A stretch of 64,000 nt of DNA, taken from assembly GCF_001194135.2 (NCBI RefSeq), contig NC_068988.1, positions 13,152,269 to 13,216,268 of the forward strand. Reading direction: 5' to 3'. Under the pieces are notes generated by a model. It searched no databases, had not been told where the DNA came from, and was given only the letters and a program-made list of their open reading frames with translations. The stretch is from Octopus bimaculoides. Lineage: Eukaryota. Below, in pieces: positions 14,061 through 27,626 of this stretch (positions are counted from its first letter, which is position 1; the number at the start of each line of letters is the position of its first letter). Made by a program: the position numbers and the translations under genes.

Positions 14061-15919
14061 ATGTAGCATATGCTCATTCTAAATATCCTATGCAATTGTT
14101 ATTTAGCCAAAGACTAACTTTGAAGAGCAGACCTATAATCAAAAGTATTCCAGCTGGTTGTCTTAAAAAAGATATAAAATAATTTATCTTTCTTATTTAA
14201 GAAGCTTGGGTGGTATCTGAAGGAGATTTGGTTGTTATTTTTAGATGTCAAATAACTCCAAAGAGGTACTGTCATCTCTGGTTGTTGGCAGTATTGCTCA
14301 AAATGGTGCCTGCATCTATCATTGATTTACAATACAAATCTTGCCTTCACTGAATGAAGAGGCAAAGGAAACAAAGTATATATAAACAATATAGATTTAT
14401 TTTAAAGTGATTTTTTTTTACTTTCAGTAGCTCATGACTTGAAGTAATTCAATAAGTCAATTGTAGAACCTTTATTGCAAAGTATGTTGATTGTTAGAAA
14501 TATGGTAAATGGCACCACTCTGTGGCTTTCAATATTTTGCCAAAATTTGTGTTTGAAGTACTAATTCTTATCTAAAATTAATTAAGACCTTTAAACATTC
14601 CCGTCTCTATTTATTGAAGTGATACACTTCACCAAAATTTGACTTAAGTACCATAGTATTTTGATATTGTCTAGTCTCCACTCATAGAATATGTGTATTG
14701 TTCAAGGTTTCTTTGATTTGTTCTATTCATAGGCAAGCAGAAATGAATGCAAAAAAATATCTTTTCAGATACACAAAGAATTTAACACACACACACACAA
14801 AAAAAAAAAAATGCTTTCATCAAGTTTTTTTAAATGATATGTTTCTTACTTAGTTGTTCCATATGATTTTTCTTTTAAAAAAAAACTTAATTCCTTGTTG
14901 GAGTTTATTCCATGAAGCATTTTAGTGAATGATGATAACTAAAGTATCTACAGTGTTTAAGCTTGAATTGCAATGAGAGCCTTTGTGTAATTGTCCAATG
15001 GGACTGAATCCAAAACCATGTGGTTAGGAAGCAAACTTCTAAATTATATGGCCACGTCTACACCTATTGATTGTGAAAGAAATTTTGAAGCCCCACAGCA
15101 AATCCCAGTAATTAGGTTCTTTTTCCATCTAATGTTTGAATTTACTGTCAGTTTACCAGTTCTGCTGTAACCATAGACTGAATGTTAATTAATGGTTTAT
15201 TAACACATCCATCCCATGATGAGGATAATGAGCCTGGAGATTAGTATAGCAATGCAGTTAAATGAGTTCAAACATCTCATTTGCAAAAGATCAATGATAC
15301 AACAGAGAAATAGAGAAATCAAACACTATCAGACATCAGCACACCCAACACTTACAAAACAATGGAAACTAGTCAAGCTAATTATTATGATTTTATGCAC
15401 CATTAACTTAACCTGCCGATAATAAAACTCTTGTGCAAAATAATAAACACATGTAAGATGCACTAAAAAGATACACAACCAATCCTAATTGGAAGAGATG
15501 AAAAGTGAAAATATCAGAGAGATGGTCTGTACAAATTTCTTTATACAACAGACAGTGGTATAGCTAGAATGTGTGCCACCCAGAGCAGCCATTTAATTTG
15601 ATGTCTACCCCTACCCGTTATACAGGCTTATACACTAGGCTAAAAAGTTTCACCTCCATAAAAGTGTCACCCAAGGTGAATTCCTGTTTTGTCCCTCTTC
15701 CCCTCATTACATTACTGACACCGACAAAATATTCAAGCCAACAAAGGAACTTTGATGTGGTTTCTTGAACTACTAGAAATAGCAATAAAATCTCCCCCAA
15801 ATCAAGGAAGGACACAGTGGATAGAGTGGTTGATCCTGATTATAATATATCTGATAAAACGATGAAAATCTTCTATATACATGGCATTTAAGCTTCTAAA
15901 GTGCAAATAGCTAATACTC

Positions 15920-16290
15920 ATTGTCATGGTCATCATTTTCATCATTCATTGTCTTTCTTCAGTGCTGGTGTGGGTTGGTTAGTTTGACAGGATCCGCCAA
16001 GCCATATGACTGTATTTCATTATTTAATGCATGTCTTCCATGGTGGCATAGGTTGGAGAGTTTGACAGGATCCTACAAGCCAGAGAACTGTGTTGCATCA
16101 TTTAATGTTTATTATCCATGCTGGCATGGGTTGGATGGTCTGACTGTGTTGAGCTCCAGTGTCTGTTTTGGCATGGTTTCTCCAGCTTCATGCCCTCCTA
16201 ATGCCAACCACTCTACAGAATATACTGGGTGCATTTTTCTTTTCTTTTTTTCATGCCACCAGCATGAGGTCACCAAGTAACTTGCAAAAT
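15920..16290 (-). repeat. Two adjacent RTE-tail repeat copies
   Basis: The repeated motif (T)CCATGCTGGCATGGGTTGG...TTTGACAGGATCC appears several times in tandem. Confidence 0.65.
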
Positions 16291-17218
16291 ATTCTTATAA
16301 AACGAACAAAGTGAAAGAAATGATATTAACAGTTATAAAGGAAGCATTTGAAATTATTGATTTCATGCGAATGAAAAATGTTGCCAAAATTTCCTATACA
16401 AGTCGTGTGCTGTAAAACTCTGTTAAGTAGTTTTGATAAAGATCTACTTTTCCAAGCTTGCATGGGTTAGACATATATGACGTATATATACGTGTTACAG
16501 ATATGAACATAGCATATATAAGGGACTATATATCAGGTTGGTAGGTTTAATTATGTAATGCAAACAACTGTTCGGATACAATGGTTATAAATTATTTCAT
16601 GAATTATATAATAATTACATAAAATACTCTTCAAGCCATTCTGTGTCTCATGAAAGAGTTTTCTTCTATAAAATATTATTTCATGTGGACTAGAATTTTG
16701 TTTTGATTCAAGTATGCAGTTTTTAAAGGGAATTTTTTTTTTTTTTAAATTTGATTTGAAATTTTAATAATTACCAGATTTCTTGATATTTTTTTATCTT
16801 TTAATTTTCACAAAATGACTTTAAAATATATCTGTTAACACACACTTAATGAAATGCTTTAATATTTTTTAAGCATTACTTATTCAATCTCCTGTGCAGT
16901 GACCATACTGGAGCACTTCCATAGAAAAAATTTTAAACTCATAATAACCTTTATTAACTGGAAGATGTTAAAGCTTGCTTATCTCACAGAATCAAATTTA
17001 GTTGGTTCAACTAAACATTTTGAAGTTTGTAACAAACTCATGACTATAATAAATAATTAATTTACCCATTATGTATAATTTCAATCTTTTAATTGTTCTA
17101 TTACATCTGCTGGATCAAATATTTTACATTTATCATTAAAATGCAAATGATAGGTGATTAAATTATGGCATTGGATAATTTTCTTTTCTTTTTTGTTATG
17201 TACTGATTTTCCATCTAG

Positions 17219-17266
17219 TACAGTTGACTGGTATTAAAACTGATTGGTTTGGAGAAAACTATCCAA
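17219..17266 (+). CDS. Candidate 48-nt symmetric (phase 1) internal exon, ...QLTGIKTDWFGENYP...
   Basis: Long U-rich tract, branch-like TACTGAT, then TAG acceptor; donor CAA|GTATGA. Only one frame is open. No homology recognised. Confidence 0.25.
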
Positions 17267-18250
17267 GTATGAGAACATCATCTAAAGTTCATTTTCCATG
17301 CTGGCATAGGTTGGACGGTTTGACAGGATCCAATGGGCCACAAGGCTGCATTGAGCTCCAATGTCATCTTTGGCATGGTTTCTACAGCTGAATGCTCTTC
17401 GTAACACCAACCACTTTACAGTGTGTACTGGTGAGGTCACCAGGTAACTTGCAAGACAAGTTGGGGAATATTGAGAAGGTGGGGGCATGGTTATATGCCA
17501 CGTGTTGAGAAGTTAGTATGATAAAAGAACAAGCCCAGGTGTCTTGCTGTAAAGAAGATACATGGCTACCCTGCATTATATAGGATTGAGTGAGAGTAAC
17601 TAGAAAGAAGATAGAGATGGTGGTGACCAGATGCCAGAGTATCTCAAGATACAAGAAGGTGGTGTGAGGGGAGGGTAAAGGATGGTTTAAAGTAGAGGTT
17701 ATGTAATTTCATACGAAAATCTCAACAGAATTATTCAGTTCATAAGAAAAAAGAAACAATAGCAATAAAAAGAATGTAGAAGTAGTGAAAGGCTTTTGTT
17801 ATTATGTTGAAATACATTTTATTTGAGGTAAACAAAATATCTACTAAGATTAAGTCACATGGTCGACTGGTTTTTGCACTCAAGTGTGGGGGAGAACGAA
17901 GCATTTTTTTGAAGCCGCGGGAAATGCTACACCTACAGGTTTTGTATCATTTTCTTAAAAGTTGTTTCATTTCTGTTACTGTCACGTACAGTTGTCCATT
18001 GAAACGGGTCACATGTGAATATTGGAGTTGTTCTTTCATTCATACTTTTCAATTCAAGTGAGCAATGTACTAAATTTTCTACTTTCTTCTATTAGTTAAC
18101 ATGTTAATAATTAGATTAAACAAACATTTGTAAGTTAGAACATAATGAGAGAGTGAGATATTTGCTTTGCCTGTAGTGAAGGAGTTGATAAGTACTGCAT
18201 TACTAGTTGTTTATAAATTCTACACTATTTGTAACATATATATATATGTC

Positions 18251-18300
<50 letters not shown>

Positions 18301-19748
18301 GGATATGAACTTTGTGTGTATGTTTTGTAAGTAATGTTCAGTACAAATGTTATATGTCAATGTATGAGTGCCCATGACATTATCAACACACACTTATATA
18401 CTAGGATTACTAGTATACACATGTACTAACATATTTACATATATTATCTTAATTATTAATAGTTTCATGCTGTTATTAGTTTGAATTTTGGTAATCTCTG
18501 AATAGCAAGTGTACTGTAATTTATTAGTAGCTTAGGTGGTATTCGCTGAGTAATTTTTAGCTTTCAGTTTTTTTTCCATGCTATATTAGTTGTACAAGTT
18601 ATGGGTCAACTTGATCTTAAGAATTGATAGAATAATTACTAAATAATACACCAGGATAAGTTGTCAAATTGATACGGAGTAAGAATAATGGTTCCCCTAC
18701 TTCCCGGGTAGAAGTGGAGTAATATTATTTACTAAGTGGTCTGAAATAAATGGATGTATATTTTGAAGTTAAACACCCACCCATCAGTAGTAACCTATTC
18801 CGGTGGAGGGTCGGGGAGAGACATAGTACCAGGAATGTAAAACACTTACTAATTATCTTGCTTCAAAATGAAATTGTCTTGTTTGTTTTTATCACCACCA
18901 CTAATAGTAGTAGTACTAAAACTAGCAGTAGTAGTGACAATTTCCACCACCGCCACTGTTACTACAATTGTTGTTGAATAACTTCCTACAGTAAAATCAT
19001 TTCTAGTGGACAACCATGGGAAACTCTGTGAGTAGATAGTTTTCTTTTGTGCTGTGTCATTAACCTTCCAATCAATCATTTGTTTAGCCCCGTGTTTTTC
19101 TTTTCTCTCCAGCCCCACCATCCATTTATTTTCTTCAGATAATTTTTTTGTTTTTTAATGTCCAGAACTTAGGCTATGTTTTGTAGTAGCCCATGTAATA
19201 TTTCCCTAATTAGTTTCAGTAGAAATGCCCTTGATTTGGTTTTATCCTTCACCTTTCTTTCATTTCTGAATGCAATGGTTCACTAAGATATGTTGCAAAC
19301 TTCTTGTCTAACTGTTTTTCTCCCCTCTTTCACCTTCCTATGATAAAGAATCATCACTTCCTTTACTTCATTGTAAAATGAATGATTACATTATATTTTA
19401 AACATCAGAAAAATTTATATATATATATAAATCCAGATAAAATCTTTCAACCAATAGCATTTTATGTATTTTTTATAGTCAGTCATTGGTCAGTGTATTA
19501 TATCTGACTAAATTACTCAACCATGTCAGTTTTCTTTTACCTGGATCTGCCTGACTCTTATACATACTTACTTAGTCATGGATTTATTTATTTATTGCAT
19601 CTATGTTTTCTTCCTGGTTTTGTTATTAGTGATGTGACAAAAGGCAATGTTGCCAAAATTCCCTTTACAAGTTCAGCGAAACTGTTAACTTATTTTATTT
19701 ACAAATATGGTTTCATATTTTGACCAGTAATTTTTTGGAGGGGTAAAT

Positions 19749-20833
19749 NNNNNNNNNNNNNNNNNNNNNNNNNNNNNNNNNNNNNNNNNNNNNNNNNNNN
19801 NNNNNNNNNNNNNNNNNNNNNNNNNNNNNNNNNNNNNNNNNNNNNNNNNNNNNNNNNNNNNNNNNNNNNNNNNNNNNNNNNNNNNNNNNNNNNNNNNNNN
19901 NNNNNNNNNNNNNNNNNNNNNNNGCCTTTTATGAATAAACAACATTCATAGAGAAACCACTGTTTGTGATGGCATTTAAATACATTTACAAATATGGTTT
20001 CATATTTTGACCAGTAATTTTTTGGAGGGGTAAATCAGGTATTACATTGACTTCAGTACTCAACTGATACTTATTTTATCAACCCTAAGAGGATGAAATG
20101 CAAAGTCAACTTCAGTAGAATTTGAACATGAAATGTAAAGAACCAGAAGGAATGCCGCTAAGCATTTTGCCTGATGAGCCAACAGTTCTGCCGGTTCACG
20201 ACCTTACTTTATTTACACATATAGTGTTTTTTGGGGTGGGTGGGAGTACCATGTCGTGAAGAGTAGAATGTTTGCTTCTATTCTTAGGGAATTGTTTCTT
20301 CCATTCAAAACATGTTTTAAAACCAAAATGTCAATAAATGGACAGCAAACAATTACAAATAAAAACTATCCATAAATGTAAAGATTTTAACTTTAAAATT
20401 TTTGTGGGAATATGAGTTTTGTGTTTGCTTCATGTCTTCAAATTCATTCAAAATCATTTTCGCCTTTTATGAATAAACAACATTCATAGAGAAACCACTG
20501 TTTGTGATGGCATTTAAATACATCNNNNNNNNNNNNNNNNNNNNNNNNNNNNNNNNNNNNNNNNNNNNNNNNNNNNNNNNNNNNNNNNNNNNNNNNNNNN
20601 NNNNNNNNNNNNNNNNNNNNNNNNNNNNNNNNNNNNNNNNNNNNNNNNNNNNNNNNNNNNNNNNNNNNNNNNNNNNNNNNNNNNNNNNNNNNNNNNNNNN
20701 NNNNNNNNNNNNNNNNNNNNNNNNNNNNNNNNNNNNNNNNNNNNNNNNNNNNNNNNNNNNNNNNNNNNNNNNNNNNNNNNNNNNNNNNNNNNNNNNNNNN
20801 NNNNNNNNNNNNNNNNNNNNNNNNNNNNNNNNN
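19749..20833. other. Two assembly gaps (19749-19923, 20525-20833) flanked by exact duplicated segments
   Basis: N-runs. Other gaps lie at 1787-1839, 28131-28140, 32800-33415, 35695-35897 and 36760-37144. Confidence 0.95.
20020..20200 (-). mobile_element. SINE family B copy
   Basis: Reverse complement of the head (GGCAGAAC.GTTGGC...AAATGCTTAGCGGCATT...TTCAAATTC...GTTGACTTTGCATTTCATCC). Confidence 0.7.
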
Positions 20834-20904
20834 AATAAACAACATTCATAGAGAAACCACTGTTTGTGATGGCATTTAAATACATCAATATAGACACAGT
20901 AAGG

Positions 20905-21095
20905 GGACAAGCTGGTAGAATCATTAGCATGCCAAGCAAATTGCTTAGCAGCATTTCGGTCTTTATGTTCTAAGTTCAAATTCTGTTGAGGTCAGCTTTG
21001 CCTTTCATCCTTTCAGGGTTGAGCACTAGGGTTGATGTAATCGGCTTATTGCTTCCTTGGAACTTACTGACCTTGTGCCAAAATTTGAAACCAAT
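20905..21095 (+). mobile_element. SINE family B copy
   Basis: GCTGGTAGAATCATTAGCATGCC...GTTCAAATTC...CTTTGCCTTTCATCCTTTCAGGG...GTGCCAAAATTTGAAACC. Confidence 0.75.
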
Positions 21096-23589
21096 ATAGA
21101 GAGAGATCAGTTGGAAGGGTATTCCAATATAATAAGACTTTAATTAGAAACTGTAATGGAAATTCCATAAAAACAGTTATAAATCATTAGTAGTTTTTAA
21201 AGTTATTACCTGATTGATATTGAAGGTTTTTTTCCTTATGTCTTTGTCAATCTCATTACTATGTTTATTAAATATTTAACAGACTTCTGCATTCTAGATG
21301 TGTAACTTACTGATTGATTTGTTTTTATGTAATTATATCAATTAAAACTGCACAGGCCTAATCTGGTGCTAATTAAGGTATGAATAAGATTTCACTTGGA
21401 GAATAGAATATTCTCAATGCTAGAGATTTTCCTGTGATAAGAATAACAATTACAACTTTTATTGCTATTGTCAATCTAAATGAATAAATTATAAAATACT
21501 TTGAACACCTAACACAATACAGAATATTATCAGATTTAATAAAAGTAACACAGACATCTATGTGTTGTGAAAGTTTATAAAGAATTTACAATTCAGCTTT
21601 TGAGAATAAAAATAAAATAAAAAAAGAGAAGGGAAAACTGAGAAGCTAGTGTAACCATACAAAGAGCAAGTAATTTGAAATCTATATTTCAAAATATGCA
21701 TATATATTATATAACAGCATTATGACATTCCTCTTACATAGTCTAAAGAATAAGACATGATATATATCTACAAGTATGTCTTTTCCTTCTCAGTGCAGTA
21801 GGTGCATGTGATTTGAGGGAACTTTGGCTGCTATTGTAGAGGCTTTGTCATTAGCTCACACAACCACATAGTTATTTCTTAGCTGTAGGTCAGCTCAGTT
21901 AGTCAGATCTTTGATCAAAACTGTTCTAGTTGTGATCATTCCATATTCAGTATTATCAAGATATAGTTCCTTTCCTTTTTTGAGAAAGTAAGCTTGAGGC
22001 TATTTGGCTACTATGTTTAATTACCCAAGCTACCATGTATTTGTTGTAGGTTTTAAAATATTACCTTCTTTCCGTTATCTAGCCTTACTTATAACATATT
22101 ATAATTAGCTTGTGCTTGTTTTATTATATGTTCTACTGCTTTATACTGTAATTAGTTATTTACATAATCAAGTCTGTGGTTGATACAATGTTAAAATATA
22201 ATTTTTATTGAAGTAAATTAAATTTCAGAAATGTAATGGAATTTTGTAAATAAATAAATAAATAAATAATAAAAAGACTTCCTATCAATAGATTGATTTG
22301 TGTTCTACATATAACAGCATATAATGATCATGAAAGATATTTAATCTTATTTGACTCGTTTGTTAGTAGCCTGATCTAGCCTCACAGCAAATTGCATCCC
22401 CTTGAGGGAGTGCTAGCTCTACATATTTTAAGCCTCCTATATTGAAAAACAGCATAAACTGATGAAAAGTCATGGATAGAAAGCTTACAGAACAACAAAG
22501 TTCAAACACATCCAACATGCCATATTTAAAGGTTGAATACTATAGCCTATAGTAAATCGACTCTCGGCTGTGTTAATAATTAAAGTTTTTTTGTTGTTTT
22601 TGGTAGTTATTTGTAGCTTTTCTCTCTTCTCCAACCAATAACATAATCAAGAGCTTGAACCTATCTGTTAAGTTGATGGGTCACATCGAGTGTTTAATTG
22701 ATTACTCTTGAGCCATAGGTCAAATTAAATCTTTGCTATAGGGAATCCCAAATTTGTGGAGTAATGGAGAAAATTTATAATTTAATAATGGTCAACTTGT
22801 AACACAAGCACAAACTTTGTATGAGTGGATATTATGACAGTCTTGAAATAATACAATAATTGCCTGCAAATTATAAAAATTAATTGCTGCTTTGTATGGA
22901 ATGTTTGATGTTAATTGGTGTGATAACTAATTATTTTCATTTTTATTAAATTGCTGCATTTTTTGATAAATTTCCCCTGTAAATACAAAATGATTTTTCT
23001 AATATTGAAAATTATTTAACATTCAATTTATAATTATAATGCTTTATTCTCCATTATTTGTTACTTATGTGAGTCAAGAATTTACCCCATTCTAAAACTC
23101 TGTCACCCATCATATTTAGAACACTCTTTGTATTTTGTGTGTTAATTAGGTCATTTGTGTGATGAGATAACAGATGTTGACCTACTTTATTGTATAAGGG
23201 AATGTGTAAATTTATGTTCTTCCATTTTGTTAAAAGTATTACTGTTACTGCTTTAAAGTTTAGTTTGGTTTGCTGCTTCTTGTTGTAGTATGTATTTTCA
23301 TAACTCAGAACTCTTCAGTACCACTCAACTGTGAAGCAGTTGGAACAACTATTTTAAGCTATATAGTGCAAAGTAAACTAATGGACCTTGTTTTGAGCAC
23401 ACAATACAATGTAGCAAGATTTACCATGTAGACCACACTAACCTCACAGCCTCAATTTCTGTACTGATTATCTACAAAACAGAAGTGGGGGACCTTTTAT
23501 TTATTTTTTTTTATACCAGATGTAACTTGCAAGTATCTAGAAAGCTGTAGAATGCACAAATATACTGAAAAAACATAATTGATTATACA

Positions 23590-23820
23590 TGTTCATAGGT
23601 AATATTGGTTTCAAATTTTGGCCCTAGACCAACAATTTCAGGGGAAGGGGTAAGTTGATTACATTGACCCCAGTGTTCAACTGGTACTTATTAATTGACC
23701 CTGAAAGGATGAAAGGATGAAAGGCAAAGTCAACCTTGGTGGAATTTGAACTCAGAATATAAAGATGGATTGAATGCCGTTAAGCATTTTGCTCAATGTG
23801 TTATTGACTGCCAGCTCATC
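23590..23820 (-). mobile_element. SINE family B copy
   Basis: GGTTTCAAATTTTGG...GAAAGGATGAAAGGCAAAGTCAACC...GAATTTGAACTCAGAA...AAGCATTT. Further copies lie at about 31955-32098 (-), 42062-42270 (-) and 57772-57935 (-). Confidence 0.75.
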
Positions 23821-25899
23821 ATCTTTCATGTTCATTGGTAATATAAAATAGCCATTGTAGTCTAAAGGTCTTAAACCATTTTTTCTTTCAATTTTATGTA
23901 TAAGTTTTCACAGAACGTATAGTGGGTGGTTGAAATTAGAATGTAGGTGTTATTTTGCGCTTGGTTGTTAGTTCTCCACTCCTAGTCTAAAATGTTCGAG
24001 GAAAAGGCTCTGTAAATGTATTAAAATTCTTTTTTCAATGAAGTGAAAGACACTATACTGTTCTCTGTGCTATCAGTAAGTAATTCACATATTGTAAAAA
24101 ATAATAAATTATCTCTAGGTCATGCATAACTTTCTCATTTATGGGTTTCAGCATTTAAAAGTTAAAATAAATAAAGTGCATAACAAAGCATTTTTTTATC
24201 TTCAAGTTTTCTAATTCTATAAATTTAATATATTTCAAAATGATTTTGCATAATGTAATTAATGATTCTCTAAAAGTGTGCTATTATTATATTATTATTT
24301 TCTTGATTATGGATTAAAGCTTCATTGATATAAAATTGAATTAGAGTTTTTGATCAACTATATTAAAATAACAGGCAAATTATAATGTTTGTGTGTGTGT
24401 ATTGTTATTTTATTAATTAATGACACTGGCATGGCACCTGAAAAATGAGAAAATGCCATTCAAATGTGAAAAGTAATACAGGAAATGCAGGAAGTTGCTG
24501 TCTGTTTGACATCAAAGTATAGTTATTTTGATATCAAATTATATCTATTATATTTGTGCTAGTATGGTAACTATAGAGATAATTTGTGTTTTGTGTCATT
24601 AATATATTTATTTTCTGTTTGATTAAATATTATTAGAGTAATCATCATTCTTTTTCAATGAGAAGGTTATGTTTTAAATAACTAACACTTGACATAAGAG
24701 GCAATTTCTCAATTCAGTAATATTACAATTAATTCGTACCAATGAATGAATAACTACTTACTAGCTAAACCCACTGACGTGGCAGCTAAATCTCCTCCAA
24801 TGAATTCCTTATTGTCTTTAAAAGCAAGAACCATATATTAGCATCCTAACTCTTGATACAGTTTACTTATTACAAGGACTGTTACAATTTATATTTTTAA
24901 AGTAGCAATGATTTTGAATTTGTAGATGTGTGTCTTAATAGCATTACTACTGAGTTGCATAACCGTGATTGGTATTGTATGTCTCTATGATCAATAAAAG
25001 ATTTTTGATTAGATATGAATGAGCTTCTCAACAAATGAATGATTGCATTAATGTTCTGTATCTTTGAAAATACATTCTGGTGATTTTTAATGGAAGAACA
25101 GCTGTGCTCCCTGTGAACATTTCGAAAGGGAGCTTTATTAGCTTTTTATTAATGCTCCCATGAACTGGATGGGCCTGCAATTAAACATGCTTCTATTATG
25201 TTTTTTAGGCTTAACTTTCAAGTCTGAACTTAACTCTTTGGTCTGTCTCCATATATCATGCTTTGATGTCTAGGATGATAACATGACTTTTCCTACCAGC
25301 TTATGACATTTTAAATCCATCATGCAACATCTCTATGAACTATGTGGCTTTAACAGTCTTGGTATCTTTCAAAAGTACATCAAATAATGCCTTTGTCACT
25401 TTTAAACACATTTGTACTCACATGCAACGGGTTATCTACAGTCTGTTTGTCTCTAATTGTTACAAGTGCTTTACATTCACTCCCAGTATTTCAAATTTAA
25501 TGTTTCAATTTTGTGGTTTTATTAGGTATTACCTTTGAATGCAATTGAATATTAAAAAGAAACCTGGTTTCTCTATTATAATTGTGGCTTTCAAACATTC
25601 CTCATAATCTAAATACTTGTAACAAAATGGATTGGCTAAGGGCACCCAAGAGCCAGGTAGTGGCATTAACTTGAATAATAGATACAGTCTGTCTGATAGG
25701 TTTCTACACAGTTTCCATCTATCTCATTTCACCCAACAAAACCTGAGCTAACTTGAGGCTATGGTAAAATAAACTTACACAAGTCTATTTACAAGGATCC
25801 TCAATCACATGATTGCAAAAAAAACTCCTTAACCACATAGACATATGTGCACCCATACAGCAATCACGTACCTTAAATATGCATTGCATGATGTAACCT

Positions 25900-27300
25900 T
25901 TTATCAGTAAATTATGATTCTGAAAGTTGACTTCCACATCATTTACTGTCCATTTGTTTCTGATTCTAAATTAAACACACTACAAAAATCCTTGCAAACT
26001 ATGTTTCCTCCACTGATTGTCACACCACTATGAACATACCAGAGCCATCAACCCAACAATATAATTGCTTCTGGTATTATGTGTTCCAACAGTGCACTTC
26101 CTGTAAACTTTCATTATAGAAATCTGTTCTTGACTATAGAAACATTTTCAAGTGTGACCCTTTCTCAAGAAGGGCAACCTATTTGACATTGCCAACCATT
26201 AACCTTCCCTCCTTATGTCCAACATCGCAAATATAACTGAGGCAGTCATAAATCCCTGCTTCTTTCTTCACATTGAATCTCTCTCCTTAGGGGTCAGCAA
26301 TAGTCACCATACTTGATCTGCTATATCACATACCCTTTGTCTGTTGCCCATCAGAACTTTATCAAATGCAAGGTTGTGGTCTTTGATCTTATCAAAGGCT
26401 TCAACTGTGTCTAATATAAGAACCTAGATAAGTTGCCACTAATGGATTCCATGTCTGTCATCTCTTGTATCAGAGGTTTCTTATCAGACACTCCATTGAC
26501 TACACACCTGTGTACATGACACAGCCCTTCAATTACCTTTAACCTTCCACACACATGTACCATCTACATGCAACCTTGACACATCTAGTCATGAAAAGAT
26601 ATATAAAAAATACTTTTAAGGAAAACACTAGTAATCTCCTTCAACAACCAAATACATTTTTTTTAATACTTGTTGTAACAATCTTGCAGCACATCCTCCT
26701 TACACATTCTCATGAGATATCTAAGGCCCTCAAAATTGCTACATATGGTGTGCCTCACAATCTTTGGTCTGTCTTTGTAACATTATGTATATAACATTAC
26801 CAAAACTGCTTCTCAAAGACTTGGTTTCCTCAGTGCTAGAAAATATTTCAGCTCTGATCAGTCACTAACCTTCTATGAAGTTCATATGAGATCCATGGTG
26901 GAATACTGCTCACTTATTTGGAGCAGTATTGCTACTACACAGATCCTAGACTGCATCTAAAAGAAAATTATTCGACTTATTGGCAAAGATTCATTCAACC
27001 AATATGCTACATTTAATGGCTCACTAACAGATATCAGTTTTCTTCTCACTGCTTCTAGTGTTACTACAACATCCTCATCTTCTACTCTTCAGAGGTAGCA
27101 AGTTGCATACTCCCTCCATCCAAGTCCTCTCAACACAGTTGTTTCTCTTTTTGTTATTCCTCATGTGTCTCACATACAAGATCTTTTGCTGAACATTTTA
27201 TCCATTCAGTTCTTCCTAAAGCTGTATCCCTCTGGAATTTCTTTTCACCCACATTTCCCTGTAGATGTTGACATGCAGATGAAACCAGCATCAGATACTT
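25900..27300 (+). mobile_element. Heavily decayed CR1/L2/Jockey-group LINE RT and C-terminal region
   Basis: Fragments PFLKKGNLFDIAN (P..KKG...D..NYRPI), VVFDLIKGFNCV (LD..KAFD.V), GVP, and MRSMVEYCSLIWSS...KKIIRLIG (IRP.LEYCS.IW). Confidence 0.7.
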
Positions 27301-27535
27301 TGACTTTATCTTTTTAATGTCTGTTTTTCCACTCTAGCAAGAACTGAATGTGTCTGTCTTACAATATATCACCATCATCTTGATATTTTGTCATCTCATC
27401 TCAGTCCAAGTATCCCAAGAATCTTATCTTTCCACTTCTTATATCTCCTTTGGCCTTTTCCCATCATGCACATCCTGAAGTAATATTGCATAACATTTAT
27501 TTGTATCTAACATATTAATACTTATTTATTTACAG

Positions 27536-27626
27536 TTATTTTATATTTTTATAATTTTTGTATATTATTTTTAATTTTTTTCTTCTTTTTCCTAAATATT
27601 CTATTCTATTTTTATTGTAGGTAAGT
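27536..27626 (+). promoter_or_regulatory. Candidate recursive splice site (3' splice site fused to a consensus 5' splice site)
   Basis: About 85 nt of AG-free T-rich tract ending TTTTTATTGTAG|GTAAGT at 27620/27621. Confidence 0.35.

Noticed and set aside
18849-19121. Minus ORF with plausible splice sites (GSYSTTIVVT...)
   Set aside because: Low-complexity (AGT/ACC)-rich sequence resembling a decayed microsatellite.
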